A stretch of DNA of 63,738 nucleotides, counting the filler, from Reticulomyxa filosa (lineage: Eukaryota; Protista; Foraminifera), in the NCBI GenBank assembly GCA_000512085.1. It is 17 parts of 17 records of this genome, joined end to end, with 100 filler letters (N's around TTAATTAATTAA, not from the genome) between each part and the next. Parts side by side here need not be neighbours in the genome. Positions count along the whole stretch, not along the records: positions 1 to 14,544 come from ASPP01006402.1; positions 14,645 to 16,114 come from ASPP01038518.1; positions 16,215 to 19,024 come from ASPP01013093.1; positions 19,125 to 27,802 come from ASPP01015852.1; 13 more parts are not named here. One strand, given 5' to 3'. A program made the translations under genes and the position numbers. Below, in pieces: positions 13,708 through 26,100 of the stretch (its first letter is position 1; each line of letters begins with the position of its first letter). The notes below the pieces were generated by a model that saw nothing but the letters and a program-made list of their open reading frames with translations, was not told the origin of the DNA and did not search any database.

Positions 13708-14529
13708 ATGGATGTCGATACCGAATTGCATCAATCATTTTTTGGTTTACCACCACAACAAATCCAAGCAACCACCCTTGCTGATCAAGGGAATGAAGTA
13801 CAACTGCCAGATACATTAGCAAACGAAGCAGCAGCGACGGAGCCCCAAGAAGTGACAACAATGACAGAAGTAAGCCCCAGCCTTCCGCCAAGCAACCCAA
13901 GCAAGGAAGAGTTGGGACGTGAAGACAGTATCGGCGCAATTTCGCAAGTCCCCGTGAACCGCTCGAGTGAAGACAGTAGAGTGCTAAAGCAAGAAGAGTT
14001 CTTCGATCCAAGTCAAAGCAATACAATCAACAATAACAATGAGAGCATACCAACAAAGGCGTTCAAAAAAAAAAGGATTGGTCCTATTCGCGACCCCATA
14101 TTATTGCGTTTTATGGGCGTGGATGCGAGCCACCCAAAGATTCAGGACACAAGCAACGAGCCGAGTAACTCGTCATTTTTCGCGGACCTGGACATTGACA
14201 ATCTGGAGGAGAAGCCATGGGAAGCGAAGAACGCGGACATAACAGACTGGTTCAACTACGGGTTTACGGAGGAGTCATGGCGAGAGTATTGCATCGCTCA
14301 AGTGAAATGGAGAAAGTTTTTGAAGTACAAGCCATCGACTAGCCATCATCTGGGCGCGAGTGCCAACGCCGGTATCAATTTTGCCACCGGTGTAGGCGCT
14401 CTTGCCGCTTCCGGCGCAAATATCGGCGTCACCACAGGCATTGCTATGTCCGCTCCATACACCACGTCCCATTTCAACGAATCAAATGGTGGTGCCTTTG
14501 TCGTCCCACATCACGGCCATCATGTATGA
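13708..14529 (+). CDS. FIP1: Pre-mRNA 3'-end processing factor Fip1 (probably 3'-partial)
   Basis: Fip1 motif DLDIDNLEEKPWEAKNADITDWFNYGFTEESWREYC. Confidence 0.9.
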   Translation: MDVDTELHQSFFGLPPQQIQATTLADQGNEVQLPDTLANEAAATEPQEVTTMTEVSPSLPPSNPSKEELGREDSIGAISQVPVNRSSEDSRVLKQEEFFDPSQSNTINNNNESIPTKAFKKKRIGPIRDPILLRFMGVDASHPKIQDTSNEPSNSSFFADLDIDNLEEKPWEAKNADITDWFNYGFTEESWREYCIAQVKWRKFLKYKPSTSHHLGASANAGINFATGVGALAASGANIGVTTGIAMSAPYTTSHFNESNGGAFVVPHHGHHV

Positions 14530-14544
14530 ACAAAAAAAAAAAAA

Positions 14545-14644
14545 NNNNNNNNNNNNNNNNNNNNNNNNNNNNNNNNNNNNNNNNNNNNTTAATTAATTAA
14601 NNNNNNNNNNNNNNNNNNNNNNNNNNNNNNNNNNNNNNNNNNNN
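14545..14644. other. Artificial contig spacer (first of 16)
   Basis: 44 N + TTAATTAATTAA + 44 N. Identical spacers start at 16115, 19025, 27803, 30840, 32402, 39333, 44850, 46275, 48845, 50734, 53059, 56158, 57733, 60924 and 62252. Confidence 0.98.
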
Positions 14645-14976
14645 TTTTTTTTGCGAGACCTTGCTTTTGCTTACCTTGTCCTTCCTTTTTTTTGCTACAG
14701 TTTGGTTAAAGTTTTATTCACAAATATTTTTTTCGTACAAAAGAAATTTGACAATGCAAACAGCAACTAATTTTAATAAAAAGAAATTAGCAAAACAATA
14801 CATAACGAGTAAAGAAAATGGTAATTATCATCTAAAGTTCGCTTGGATTATATTTTAAATGCAAAAAAGATCATCTTTATGAGCGGATATAACTTTTCAC
14901 ATGCTACCTTGTTTCATTTAATTGTTTTTGCTTCTGCAAATTAATTTTACAACTTTGGCTGTTGTAAAATATTCCA

Positions 14977-16030
14977 TCAACCCCATAAACCAATTTTGTG
15001 ATCATAAGAAGATGACCCTATTATACCTCCATCTGGAGAAACATCTACTCCTGTAACGCATCCTGTATGTCCTTCTAAATTCTGTATTTCTTGACTTGAT
15101 TTTACGTCCCAAAATCGGATTGTGCCGTCCCATGAGCACGATACAATAATTTGACCATTTGGTAAATATTGGACATCGTTTACCAGATCTGAATGTCCTT
15201 CTAACTGTTTTAGTTCTTTTCCGGATGCTACGGACCATATTTTAATTGTTTTATCGTGTGAACATGATACAACATAACGACCATCAGGAGAAAATTGTGC
15301 TTTTGATACAATATCTGAATGTCCTAACAATTGACACAATCGCTCTCCCGATTTCACATCCCATACAATGACAATAGAATCATTTGATGATGATACAATA
15401 GTCTGTCCATCTGGAGAAAACTGCACATCAGTTACAAGACTTGAATGGCCTTCTAGCTTTTTCAATTCATCTCCCAAAGTATCCCACAGCCGAATTGTAT
15501 TATCCATTGAACTTGACACTGTCATGTTTCCATCTGGTGAAAATTGCGTTTTTGTCACGCTACGAGTATGGCCTTGCAGTACTCTTATTGACTGCCTCGA
15601 GTTTATATCCCAGAGCCGAATTGTATTATCCACTGAAGATAATACAATTTTGCTACTATCTGGTGAAAATTGTGCATCATAGACCCAATCCAAGTGTCCT
15701 CGAAATATCTGAATTTATTCTCCTGATAGCACATTCCACATTCGAATTGTTTTGTCATCCGAAGACGACACAATTTTGCTGCCATCTGATGAAAATTGTA
15801 CACTGTTCACACAATCGGTGTGCCCTAGAAAAAATTTTAATAACTTAAAATATTTTGCCTATTTAGTTTTTCGAGATTGTAGACTATTTTGCGAGAATTA
15901 AAGGGACAAAGAAAATCACACTCAACATATCGTACAATAATTTTATTAAATTCATTGATCCATCCAATGTCAATTGAAAAAAACCTAACCCAAGTTTTCA
16001 AAATCGAGTCAATCTCTTTTTCGGCCTGTT
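14977..16030 (-). pseudogene. WD40-repeat gene of the expanded family with an in-frame premature stop
   Basis: ILKTWVRFFSIDIGWINEFNKIIVRY, intron 15859..15926, [13 protein letters not shown], then about seven GH...FSPDG...D.TIRLWD repeats. In-frame TAA at 15715..15717 (GE*IQIF). Confidence 0.75.
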
Positions 16031-16214
16031 TTTTTTTTCATTACTCTTGAATTCAATTATTTCTAGTTGCTAATGTTTCATTTGAAAGAGGATTTTGCTA
16101 TAAAAAAAAAAAAANNNNNNNNNNNNNNNNNNNNNNNNNNNNNNNNNNNNNNNNNNNNTTAATTAATTAANNNNNNNNNNNNNNNNNNNNNNNNNNNNNN
16201 NNNNNNNNNNNNNN

Positions 16215-18242
16215 CTTTATACGTATACACGTATATACATATATGTATATATATATATATATATATATGTATATGTGCATGTGTTTGTACATCTCACTAC
16301 ATTTTATATTCACTCCTCGACACGAACAAAAAAAGAACTGTAATAGATGTTGCATAAAAGCCTGAAAGCCACTTTTGTCACTCATAATGTTGAAGATAGA
16401 GTAGTGCGTGGGCCAATCCAAATCTTGCTCGTGTTCCCAAAATTCAAAATGGAACTTGCGTTTTTTTAAAATCTTCCAGCCCGTTGTGTTGGCTGCAACG
16501 TCTTTGTCCTGCAAAGTGGCAGGATGCTTCGATTTGCTCTGTCTTCCCGCTTCTGTTTCCATCTCTGTTCCTATTCTTGTTTCTATTCCTATTCCTATTC
16601 CTATTCCTGTTCCTGTTCTAATCGGCGTTTGTCCATGTGTCTCATTTGTATGTGGTTCTTTTTTCTCGTATCCGCCTGCAAGTGGATGTGCCGTCGTCGT
16701 CGTTGTCGTCGTCGTCGTATGGTTGGCATTGTCGTCATTTGCAGCAGAGCCTTGCTTTGCACTGACTGCTTCTACCGTCGTTGTCTGTTGCTGCGCAATG
16801 TTGGATTCGGGTTTGGGTTTGGTGTCGATCGCAGTGGTGATAGGATTCATGAGCGGGTTGGCAGCGGTAGGAGCAAGAACGGGGGTAGGAATAGAGGTAG
16901 TCTTAAGATAGGACATTGGAAGTGCAATGACATGTTGTTGTTGTTGAATATCGTCGTGCACATCAGAAGTGGAATGATTCATAACGTCTTCGTCGTGATA
17001 TGACTTACGCTTGGCAATGGCAACTCGTGATCGTACCCAATTCCAACAGCTTGGCTTGTCTACTGTCGCTTCTGATGACACTTTTGTCGTCCTGGACATG
17101 AACAACAGATCTGTGTTCATTCGTGTCTTTTGCTGATACAACACCCACGTCGTGCCGATAAACAAAAACGCATAATAAAATATGGACGGTAGCACTGACA
17201 CTATCACGCGCGACATCCATCGATAACTTTCTTTGGATGATACATAACTTTTTTCAATCAGATGTCCTTGCTCCAGCTCGGCCACCAGTGCGGCATATAT
17301 TACACAGATCACTGTCAAGCATACCGCATTCAGAATGTTTTCTTCTCGCACGTACATCAGATCGTGGACCGTTGACATTTTATACGTCATTCCTAATAAG
17401 CATAGTAACACCACAAGCGCGATTAAAAACAGCAATCCTCGTGCGTACACGATATCGTTCAGTAGTATACATGCACTTTATAACACATGCATATACACAT
17501 ATACATATACATATATATGTATATACACGTTATTAGCTTAATGCTTCCCTCCCTTATGTCTTCTCAATCTTTGTCCTATCACAATAATATATGCACGCAG
17601 ATATATGTATATATGTGCGTAGGGTAGGTACTCAACAGACAACCTCCAGACACAATGATGATCGCAAAAACAAAAGCCCTTCCGGTGAAATGGGTGTTTC
17701 CCAAGGTAGAATAGTGCCGTACCAGAAATGGCTCCGTCCCTGACGTGTCGGTTAATGACGGAATCCATAACTGCTGTGCTCGATATTGCAAGTATTCGTG
17801 CTTCACATGTATATGCCAACACCGTAACAACAACAGAAATTCCAACACTGTTATGTTCAATATTCTCACAACTTGCCATTGGTCAAATATCTCATAAAAC
17901 ATCTCGTACAACATTTCTCCACATAGGGTTACTGTTGGTCATTTTTTTTTCGTTTTTGCATTTTTTTTTTCTTTTTTTCTTTTTTTTTTTGGTGTTTTAA
18001 TTTAAAAAAAAAACATTTTTTTACCATTGGAAGAGCAGAAATATTTTTTTTGTGTGCTTGCCTGTATTCATCCATAACAGTACTAAAAAAAATATCAAAG
18101 AGAGTTGAGGTCTTCTTGCACGAATAAAGGGATGGTCTCTTTGCTTCCAATAACGATAAATTTCATGCAAAGATACAGGAAGTAAAACCACATATGTTAA
18201 TGCTGCCCACGCAAAGCCAATCGCTCGCCAAAAGTTTACCAT
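16215..18242 (-). CDS. 7TM-RGS protein (7-TM domain, long low-complexity linker, start of RGS domain), 3'-partial
   Basis: TM1 is followed by YWKQRDHPFIRARRPQLS, then further TMs in exons to ~17140. RGS helix-1-like SIFNIMSDKSGFQAFMQHL lies before an intron and the contig end. Confidence 0.65.
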
Positions 18243-19137
18243 ATTTTTTTTTTGGCACCAAAATTTTTTACGGCGCTTATATATCTTATTTGTTCAAACA
18301 ATGCTCAGTACTAACATTCACGATCATCTAACTTTTTGGTAATCACTGCTATTGCTTTTTTATGTGAATGTAAGAAATTTATTTAGCAAATATTTAATAA
18401 TTCCTCTTTTAAATATTTTAGTTTTTGTGAAAAATGTTATACAATGGTTTAAATCTTAACTTGATATTGACTTTTTATTACCTCGATTACTTACATATTT
18501 ATACAGTAGATCGCAAAAAAAAACATACCTAAGGGCATCTCATGAAGAGAATCGATTTTCTCAATGAAAAATAAACATTTAACACTAACTTTTTAAAAAC
18601 TACAAATCTTGTAGTTTTTAAAATAAAATTTCTTTTTGTATTTGATTCGTTTTTTTAAGTTTTGATTGTTATTTTAAAGCTTGACCCTTTGATAATTTTA
18701 GAAGTTATTTGTTTCAATTGCTTTCAAATAATTTTATCTTTGCTTCATCAAAAAAGTCTTTTCTCAATAATTTAAAATCTGATTTGTGTCCATTTTAAAT
18801 TCAAAGCTCGCACTGATATAACTTTAGCTTTTTTATTTGTCGCTCCAATAAAATAATTTCAAACTAAGCCTTAAAAATTAAATGTTTTTGATGTGTGCAT
18901 TTTAAAGATTAAATTTGAATCCATGTTTCTTCTAATGGAAATAATTAAATTTTGTCAATTGAACACAGAATAATAAAAATTTAACCTAAGCTTTTATTGG
19001 GTGTTCAGGTTCATCTGAGACGAANNNNNNNNNNNNNNNNNNNNNNNNNNNNNNNNNNNNNNNNNNNNTTAATTAATTAANNNNNNNNNNNNNNNNNNNN
19101 NNNNNNNNNNNNNNNNNNNNNNNNTTGTAGTGCGTCT

Positions 19138-19171
<34 letters not shown>

Positions 19172-19281
19172 TAATGCACACCACACATACATATATGTAT
19201 ACTTATCTTTGGAATGTTCGCATCACATGGTGCGAACATGCATCCTTTTGCTTGTTTGTTTGTTTGTTTGTTTGCACAACA

Positions 19282-20444
19282 GAAGTTATAGCGACGTCGT
19301 TATTATGTAGCCAAAATGGTTGTCCGCCTCGACAAACTGCATTTGTGTTACGTCTTGCTTTGGCGATATTGTCTCGCTGATCACATTGACAGTTTGTTTG
19401 TTTGTAGGTGCTTTTATTGCCATCAATTGGACCAGGATATGTATGTATTGCGATGCTTTCATCGCTTTTGCGGGTTTTGTATAAATGAGATAAAAAGCTG
19501 ACCTACTTGGACTGCATAACCTGTGGTAGACACAACGTTGAGTGCTCTCTGTTGTCTTGCTATCCTTTTCATATCACTGTACTTGTTTTACTCTTCTTCC
19601 AATTAAGGCCTTGGAAGGAATGGTCGAAGACCGGCCATTGCGCTCCTTTATTGCCACTCACTTCCCAGTGGAGTCGGCAAAGGTCGTGGCACTGCGCAAA
19701 CACTCAAACGGTATGAACATAGACCCCGTCCAGTCGATGCCACTATCCTCACAAGTCCCTACGTATTTAATCCAAAGTCGTCACTTTCAATCGAGTCAGG
19801 TTCAACAACAGACTTGTTTGATCCAACAATGCAAAAAAAAACAAACAGACAAATAAACTGATAAACCAACAAACCAATAAAATAAATAGAATGAACATAC
19901 CCACACAAAACCGAGTGTGACTGATCGATTGGTGAGAAACACGGCCGATGACTCCGTTCCAAGTGGCCAGGGCACTACCGACTCAAATTCCAAGTCGAAC
20001 ACGGCCTTTCATGGACGAAGTCGGGCAAAGACAAGCTGCCATCAATGCAAAAACAATAAAAATCCTGAGGAACTTTTGTTTTGTAAAAATGTCAAATGGG
20101 GGCCTGGCAAAAAACGTGGCAATTATGTCTTGAAACACTGTCGCAAGAAATTTTGTTTTCAATGCATAAGCAAATACATGCCTTCGGACCAAGTGGAAGC
20201 ATTATTCGTAAAACAACATACCAACGTCAAAATTGCCGAGTTTTGCAAAAATCAATTTGAGGAGTTCAACACTCGCCCACAATATAACTTTGTTGTTGAT
20301 CTTGGAATAATAACTGTTCACATCAGATGGAAATGTCCTGCGTGTGTAAACACTTGCGAGTGTGCTGCATGCTGTCGACGACGAAACCCAAAAGTTGACG
20401 CCGCAAGGAGGCATCGAGCCCAAGAAAATACTCCACAAAAATAA
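19282..20444 (+). CDS. zf-4CXXC_R1 (CDCA7/JPO1-type) zinc-finger protein, 5'-partial, multi-exon
   Basis: KTSCHQCK...CRKKFCFQCISKY...WKCPACVNTCECAACCRRR in ORF 19917..20444. Upstream exon boundaries are tentative. Confidence 0.75.
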
Positions 20445-21319
20445 ACGAATGTAATAGCGTAATTGTTCAGCAACTTATATTATTCAACCATAGCAATTTA
20501 TTCGATACATGAAAAGTTTGTAGTAAGTGTCGCAGCAATTAATGTGTAAAATTTTTTTAAAAAATTTCTCAGAAATTTTTTAATTTGATCAAGTTGTATT
20601 TGTGTCTGATGTCTTTCTGTACGCAATTTATTTATTGTTTTTTTTTTAAAAACGGAGACCATTTTCCCTTATAAAAAAAACGATTTCGTCGATTTGTTGG
20701 CTTCACTATTGCAAATTCTTTTGGTTTTTGGTTCAAAAGAAGGTATATTTTTTATGGTAAAATTTTTTTTCATTATTTTGAACTCGATTTGGCAGCTTTG
20801 AAAAATTAAAAATCTATGTCTACGGGTTCACAAAAAAAGTCTTGTTTTAGCGTTTTTCAAAATTAAGAAAAATACATAAAAAAAAATGTCATTCAATGTC
20901 TCAATTGTTGTGCTTATTATTTTGCTTACATTTATATTTGTCCTTTGCGCTCTTTTGTCCTGCCTTTGCCTGACTTTCATTTGCAAACGGATTAACAAAT
21001 CCTCTTCACACGCCACCTTTCCGGAGCGTAATGAGCCACAGCCATCAAAAATTACCATCAGTTGAACATCATCTAAAAAACAAAACAAAATTTTATTTTT
21101 CATTTGTCTTTGTTGCTGCAGTATTCCCGTTTCCCCCTTCTTTTTTACTATGTTTAATGAGTCGGTAACTAAAAAAAAAAGTTTGTTTTTTTTGAAAGAA
21201 AAAATATTTAAAAAAAAAAACACCATGTGACTGCGCTTGTGTTTGCGTGTTAGTGTGCACACGAAATCTATGTCTAAGCTTGATTTTTTAAAAAAATGTA
21301 ATCTCGTGATTCGAAAGGA

Positions 21320-22838
21320 ATGGACAAGAAGGACGAAAAGAGTAATAGCGCACGTACGACAGCAATAGACGGACAGCAGTACACTTGTGTGTTGGTGCAT
21401 GAGATCATTCACCAAGCGCATATATCATCCTCGTATGAGGGAGAGGAGAAAGAGAGGCTAACGGTATCGAATACACCTCAACGTCCACGACATCTGCGCA
21501 ATCGCAAGACGAATCGAAGAAAGGTTCGTCGGGCAATGTCGAGTGATATGCGATCAGTAATGACCCAACCTGTGACCACAAAAAGAAGAGAAAGCAAGAG
21601 CAAAAAAGATAATAAATCCAAGTGATCGACAAGACACCTTGTTGCCGTCAGATGTTGTTCACGGCATACCACCTCCCGTTCTCTCTGGAGCTGTGTCTTA
21701 CCCTTGGTCCAATCCTCCATTGTATCACGAATACTGTCCACCAATAACAATGCCATCAATGCTAACAATACCACATCATACCAATCTACAAGAAAAAAGG
21801 TACCTACGTATACTTTTTTTTGCTTTCCATTTTTCGACCACATCACCTGGATCATTGCCCACACAAATTAAAAAAAAAAAAAAAACGACAAAGAAAGAGA
21901 CAGTCATTAAGTAATCCAGTGATATTGTCTCGAGTACCGATTCATAGAGTGAATACTTTACTGGGACGACCTCCTCACACGTCAAATGTCGAGATAATAC
22001 ATAATGCTCCGGGTCATGGAATGCTACGTACACAGAGTGGCAGTGATATCGAGAGAAACGATTTGTTAGGCCATGACGTCGGCAAAAAAACACTGTCTAC
22101 CATTTGGTCACATTCACCACTTCCCAAAGAACATACTTCCTCCATGTCAAAAGAAGACCCACGTATCTCCATTTCCTCAACACACAACCGATACTTGTTT
22201 CGTCTCTTGTTTTTTGTTGAATTTATTACCCATGAAAAAATCTTTGCAGAGAGAGAGAGAGAGAAGAGAGGAACAAAAAAAAAATAACTAATTTGAATGT
22301 GGAACAGAGAAGCGCTTAGAAACGCCCAAATTGGGGATGAAATGATTGATCCTGCCGAAGATGGCAAGTCGAATGATCAAATAAATTTTCAGAAAAACAG
22401 ACCCCAACAACCAAAGCTTGTGGTAAACTATGATCCAAAGTTAAGCAACAGAAATATAACCCGATATTGACCTTTACATGAAAAAGTTGTGTTACCAACT
22501 TTTTTTTTTTTTCCTTCTTCCCCTTACAAATAAAAATAAAAAAAAGGGCAATTCCTGACGAAAAAAATGAAGCCAAAAACACACTTGGAAAGACGAACAA
22601 CGACACCTCATCATCACAAGACACAAGCGAAGAAGAAATAAAAATAAATGCAACTGACGAAAATGAAAATGCAAACGGCAATGCAAATGAATATGAGTAT
22701 GACAATGAAAGTGATGACGTTCATATCGGTCTGACAAGAAGTAGTCATAGGAGCCATTCTTCCCAAGACACAACGAACCCAGCAGCGAAAATATCTATCC
22801 ACATATCAAAAGATGATAATCATGACGAACTTTGTTAA
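21320..22838 (+). CDS. Hypothetical multi-exon low-complexity protein
   Basis: Consecutive coding-like segments separated by intron-like poly-T/poly-A blocks; no recognisable domain. Confidence 0.4.
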
Positions 22839-23939
22839 GCTCCATGTTTGTGAGGAGTGGAGCTATGGATTGATATCACATCTCCCTCTCCTCTTCTGGT
22901 CTAATGCCTGCTCTTATATTCGTCAATTTCATCTCTAAAAAATTATGGCGTTTTCGTTTGTTTATTTTTCCTCTTTTTTTTTCCCTTCGGATTTTCGTCT
23001 TGAAAGAGTTCAATGGTGATAATGATAAAAAGTGTAACGATTTTCTTGTATTCTGATTGGTGTCTTTCTCTTTTTTTTTTATATTGTTTACACATTTTTG
23101 ATTACCTCCAAATTACTCTACTTTTGTTGATTGCTTGAGTGCATTTGGTCTTTTCCTTTCTTTTTTTTTGTATAGTTTTTAGAAAAGTTAATTTGAGTTT
23201 TTTAAGCCATCATTATTTTGAGCTGATTTAGCTAGTATGCTCCTTTTGAAACATCTTCCTTTCGAAAATAAATAACTCTTTCAAAAATATGAACATAAAC
23301 GCTATTATTTATTCCTGTCTACATTGTAAAAAAATATAAAACATGACAAACAAATACAAATTGTGAAGATTCATTTATAATTTTAAATACTATTTTCTTT
23401 TGTTAACAGGAAAGGTAGTATTATTATAAAAACAAATTCAACAAAAAAGCCTAAAGCCAAATCAGCGGACAAGTGCAAAAAAAAAAATTATAGCGCAAAT
23501 TCTAAGATAAAAAGCCAAGGGTGAAGGTAAACTGCTTCCGCGTTCAGCAAACCACTTTAATGCGAACAATACCAAAAGATGATCCATCAAATCAGCAAGC
23601 AGCACGAAACATTTCGAATAATCACCATTTCATACGCGCATTTTTGCTTTTTAAAAACTTATTACATTTATTTTGCGAAGGTCTTCATTTGTTAGCGATT
23701 GAAAATGATATTGATGTCATTACTAAATTTATCCAAAATGATATCGATTGTAAAGAATCGAGTCATCCTCCTTCAACATATTGTAATGATTCTTTTTTCT
23801 TTAAATCTTCAATGTAAACATTGTTAAGACTGAGAAGCAATACTCTCCATTTGTCCACACTCCCTAGCCTTTCAAAAAAGTCTTTAAAGTTGTGCTCTTT
23901 TGAAACTTCGAAAACAAAGCTCAAAAGCAAGTGCTGAAG

Positions 23940-24918
23940 ATGAAAGCTTCTCATGTTGGGTTTGAAAATACTGGAGCATTTTTATTTGCTCTGATAATCA
24001 TGGGGCTAATACTTGTGTACGAGACTTGGCTGTTGTTTTTGAACTGGTACTTCTTTTGGAGGAAAATGCCAGTATCAGTAGAATTGGCAAACAGCAACGA
24101 AAGTGGTGCAAGTGATACATCTACTGAACAAGTGGAGGTAATGCGCCCTGCAGAGACGGTACAATCCATTGATGTACGAATTAAGATACTGGTGACCTTT
24201 ACTACAGTCATTTCTTTAATAACCACGATAAGTACCATTACTGAATACTGTTTGTATGCATTTTTAGACATTGGTAGTATGTGTCCCTATGCCTGGTATT
24301 CATTGTTTATCTCTACCATCGCACGCCTGGCCATGTTTTTCACTTACGTAAAGCGTCTAGAAATCGTATTTGAAAATACCCCTTTCCGTCTTTCTGTATA
24401 CACAAGAGTGGCAGTATACGTGATTTTATTGTCTACCTTTTCGCTTTACTATGCTTACATTGCCCATGGAATTCACTATTGTCAAGGAAATAGGTCTGGC
24501 ACACCTTTTTCGCTCGCTACAATTTTTGTGGACTCGATGTGTAGCTTTGGATTGTTTTGCTTGTTTGTGTACAAAGTTATAAAACAAAACATGCAAGATA
24601 ACTGTAGTTTTGTGTTCAAAGACCAAGTGATTATTTTGTTTTGTTTTTTTATTTTCAAACGAATAGCTCCGGTCGAACACTGCAAATACCGAAATGGAAC
24701 AGCAAGTGCGAAAACTTGTGAAAAAATTATTCATATTATACGTGTCCTGTTTAGCTACGGCTTCAATTCTTTATTTGGTGATGTCAATCCCAGGATACGA
24801 GCAATTTGTGGGACTTTCTGTAATGATAGATTATGCAGTAAATTGTTCCGCGTTGTTATTGGCATTTCGCTTTGCTGAAAAACATTTTAATGCATTATGC
24901 TGTTGTATAAAGTTGTAA
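23940..24918 (+). CDS. Orphan 7-TM (GPCR-like) protein, 2 exons, same family as 8958..10039
   Basis: VYK/LRSNT splice (gttata...aaacgaatag). Motifs YVKRLEIVFENTPFRLS and MIDYAVNCSALLLAFRFAEKHFNALCCC. Confidence 0.72.
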
Positions 24919-26100
24919 TTTTTTAAGGTTGTAAAAAATTAGAATACGTGAGGCATGTTTTTAGTGTCCGTCGTGTTCAAGGTGTTATGACGTGGTGTTC
25001 AATGAACGACGCACTTTTTGATACTGCAGTTCATTTTACTTTTTTTTGGTTAAATTCGATCATGAGCTTAGTTTGTGATGGCTCAAAATTTTGGCTCCTC
25101 TCATTTTACTTTATTAAATCACCTTTGGCTGCAATAAGGTGATGTGTACATTTTTATGGTCAAACATATGACATTTAAAATAGTAGGGTGACATCCCACG
25201 TTTTACTTTTGGCTGTACAATCTCGCAAACCTGAGCAGTCAGGGAGTTCACAACCCAGAAATTTTCACGCAAAATATTCGTAAAATAAGTGACATTAAGA
25301 TATCACTAAGCTATAACAACAATTTTAGTTCAAATGACAATTTTTCGCCAGTTTACAAAAACGTAGTTTCGTGCGTGGTCTTTGAATTCGCTTTGGAACG
25401 CTTACACTAAATCCAATTAAAACCATTTAATAAGCACCAACACGTATGATGCTAGGGTTGGATCTTGCACAATGAAATATCTCCATGTTTCAACTGGTAT
25501 ACTGATTACTCTAAACTGGCGTTAAATTTCAATTATCTAAGTTATTCCAATATGTTTTCCGGCAATTGTTGTCAATCTTACATATAAGATTACAAACTTA
25601 ATATGTATCAACTATAAAGTAGATTTGTTTGCAGGATTGCGTTTTTGATACTGTATCACGTTTGTTTAAAAAGTTTTACAAGTCAACTTGAATCTCTATT
25701 AATCCCAAAAAGTGCACATTACTAACATTTATTGTAAAAAAATTTCCTATTTAAAGTACCACAAACAGCTTTATTTTTGTAACATTTTAGAATTTTTTGC
25801 AATTTTCTCAGCTCCTAAAAATACCCAATGAGGAGTTACACAAAATAACATCGTAATAATGTGAAAAAAATACAACAAAAATGAGCCATGAAATTGTTGA
25901 AAACTCAACAAGACAAGGCCACCAATCCTCAACGCAAAAATAAACCAAAAAAAAGCTAACAAAGAAAAGTGCTTTTTTTTTCTTTCTTAAATTATTGTGT
26001 TTGTTGTATACGAATATAAGTTTTTTTATTTATACAATTAATAATTTTTCTCCAATGGTCAATATTATGTTGATTACGTTTTGTACGACGTTTTGGCCGT

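Noticed and set aside
15715-15717. In-frame TAA at a position where Gln or Lys is expected, suggesting TAA reassignment
   Set aside because: TAA terminates intact genes here (PLRG1, WD40 at 33579), and no conserved gene contains internal TAA/TAG. A nonsense mutation or sequencing error is simpler.
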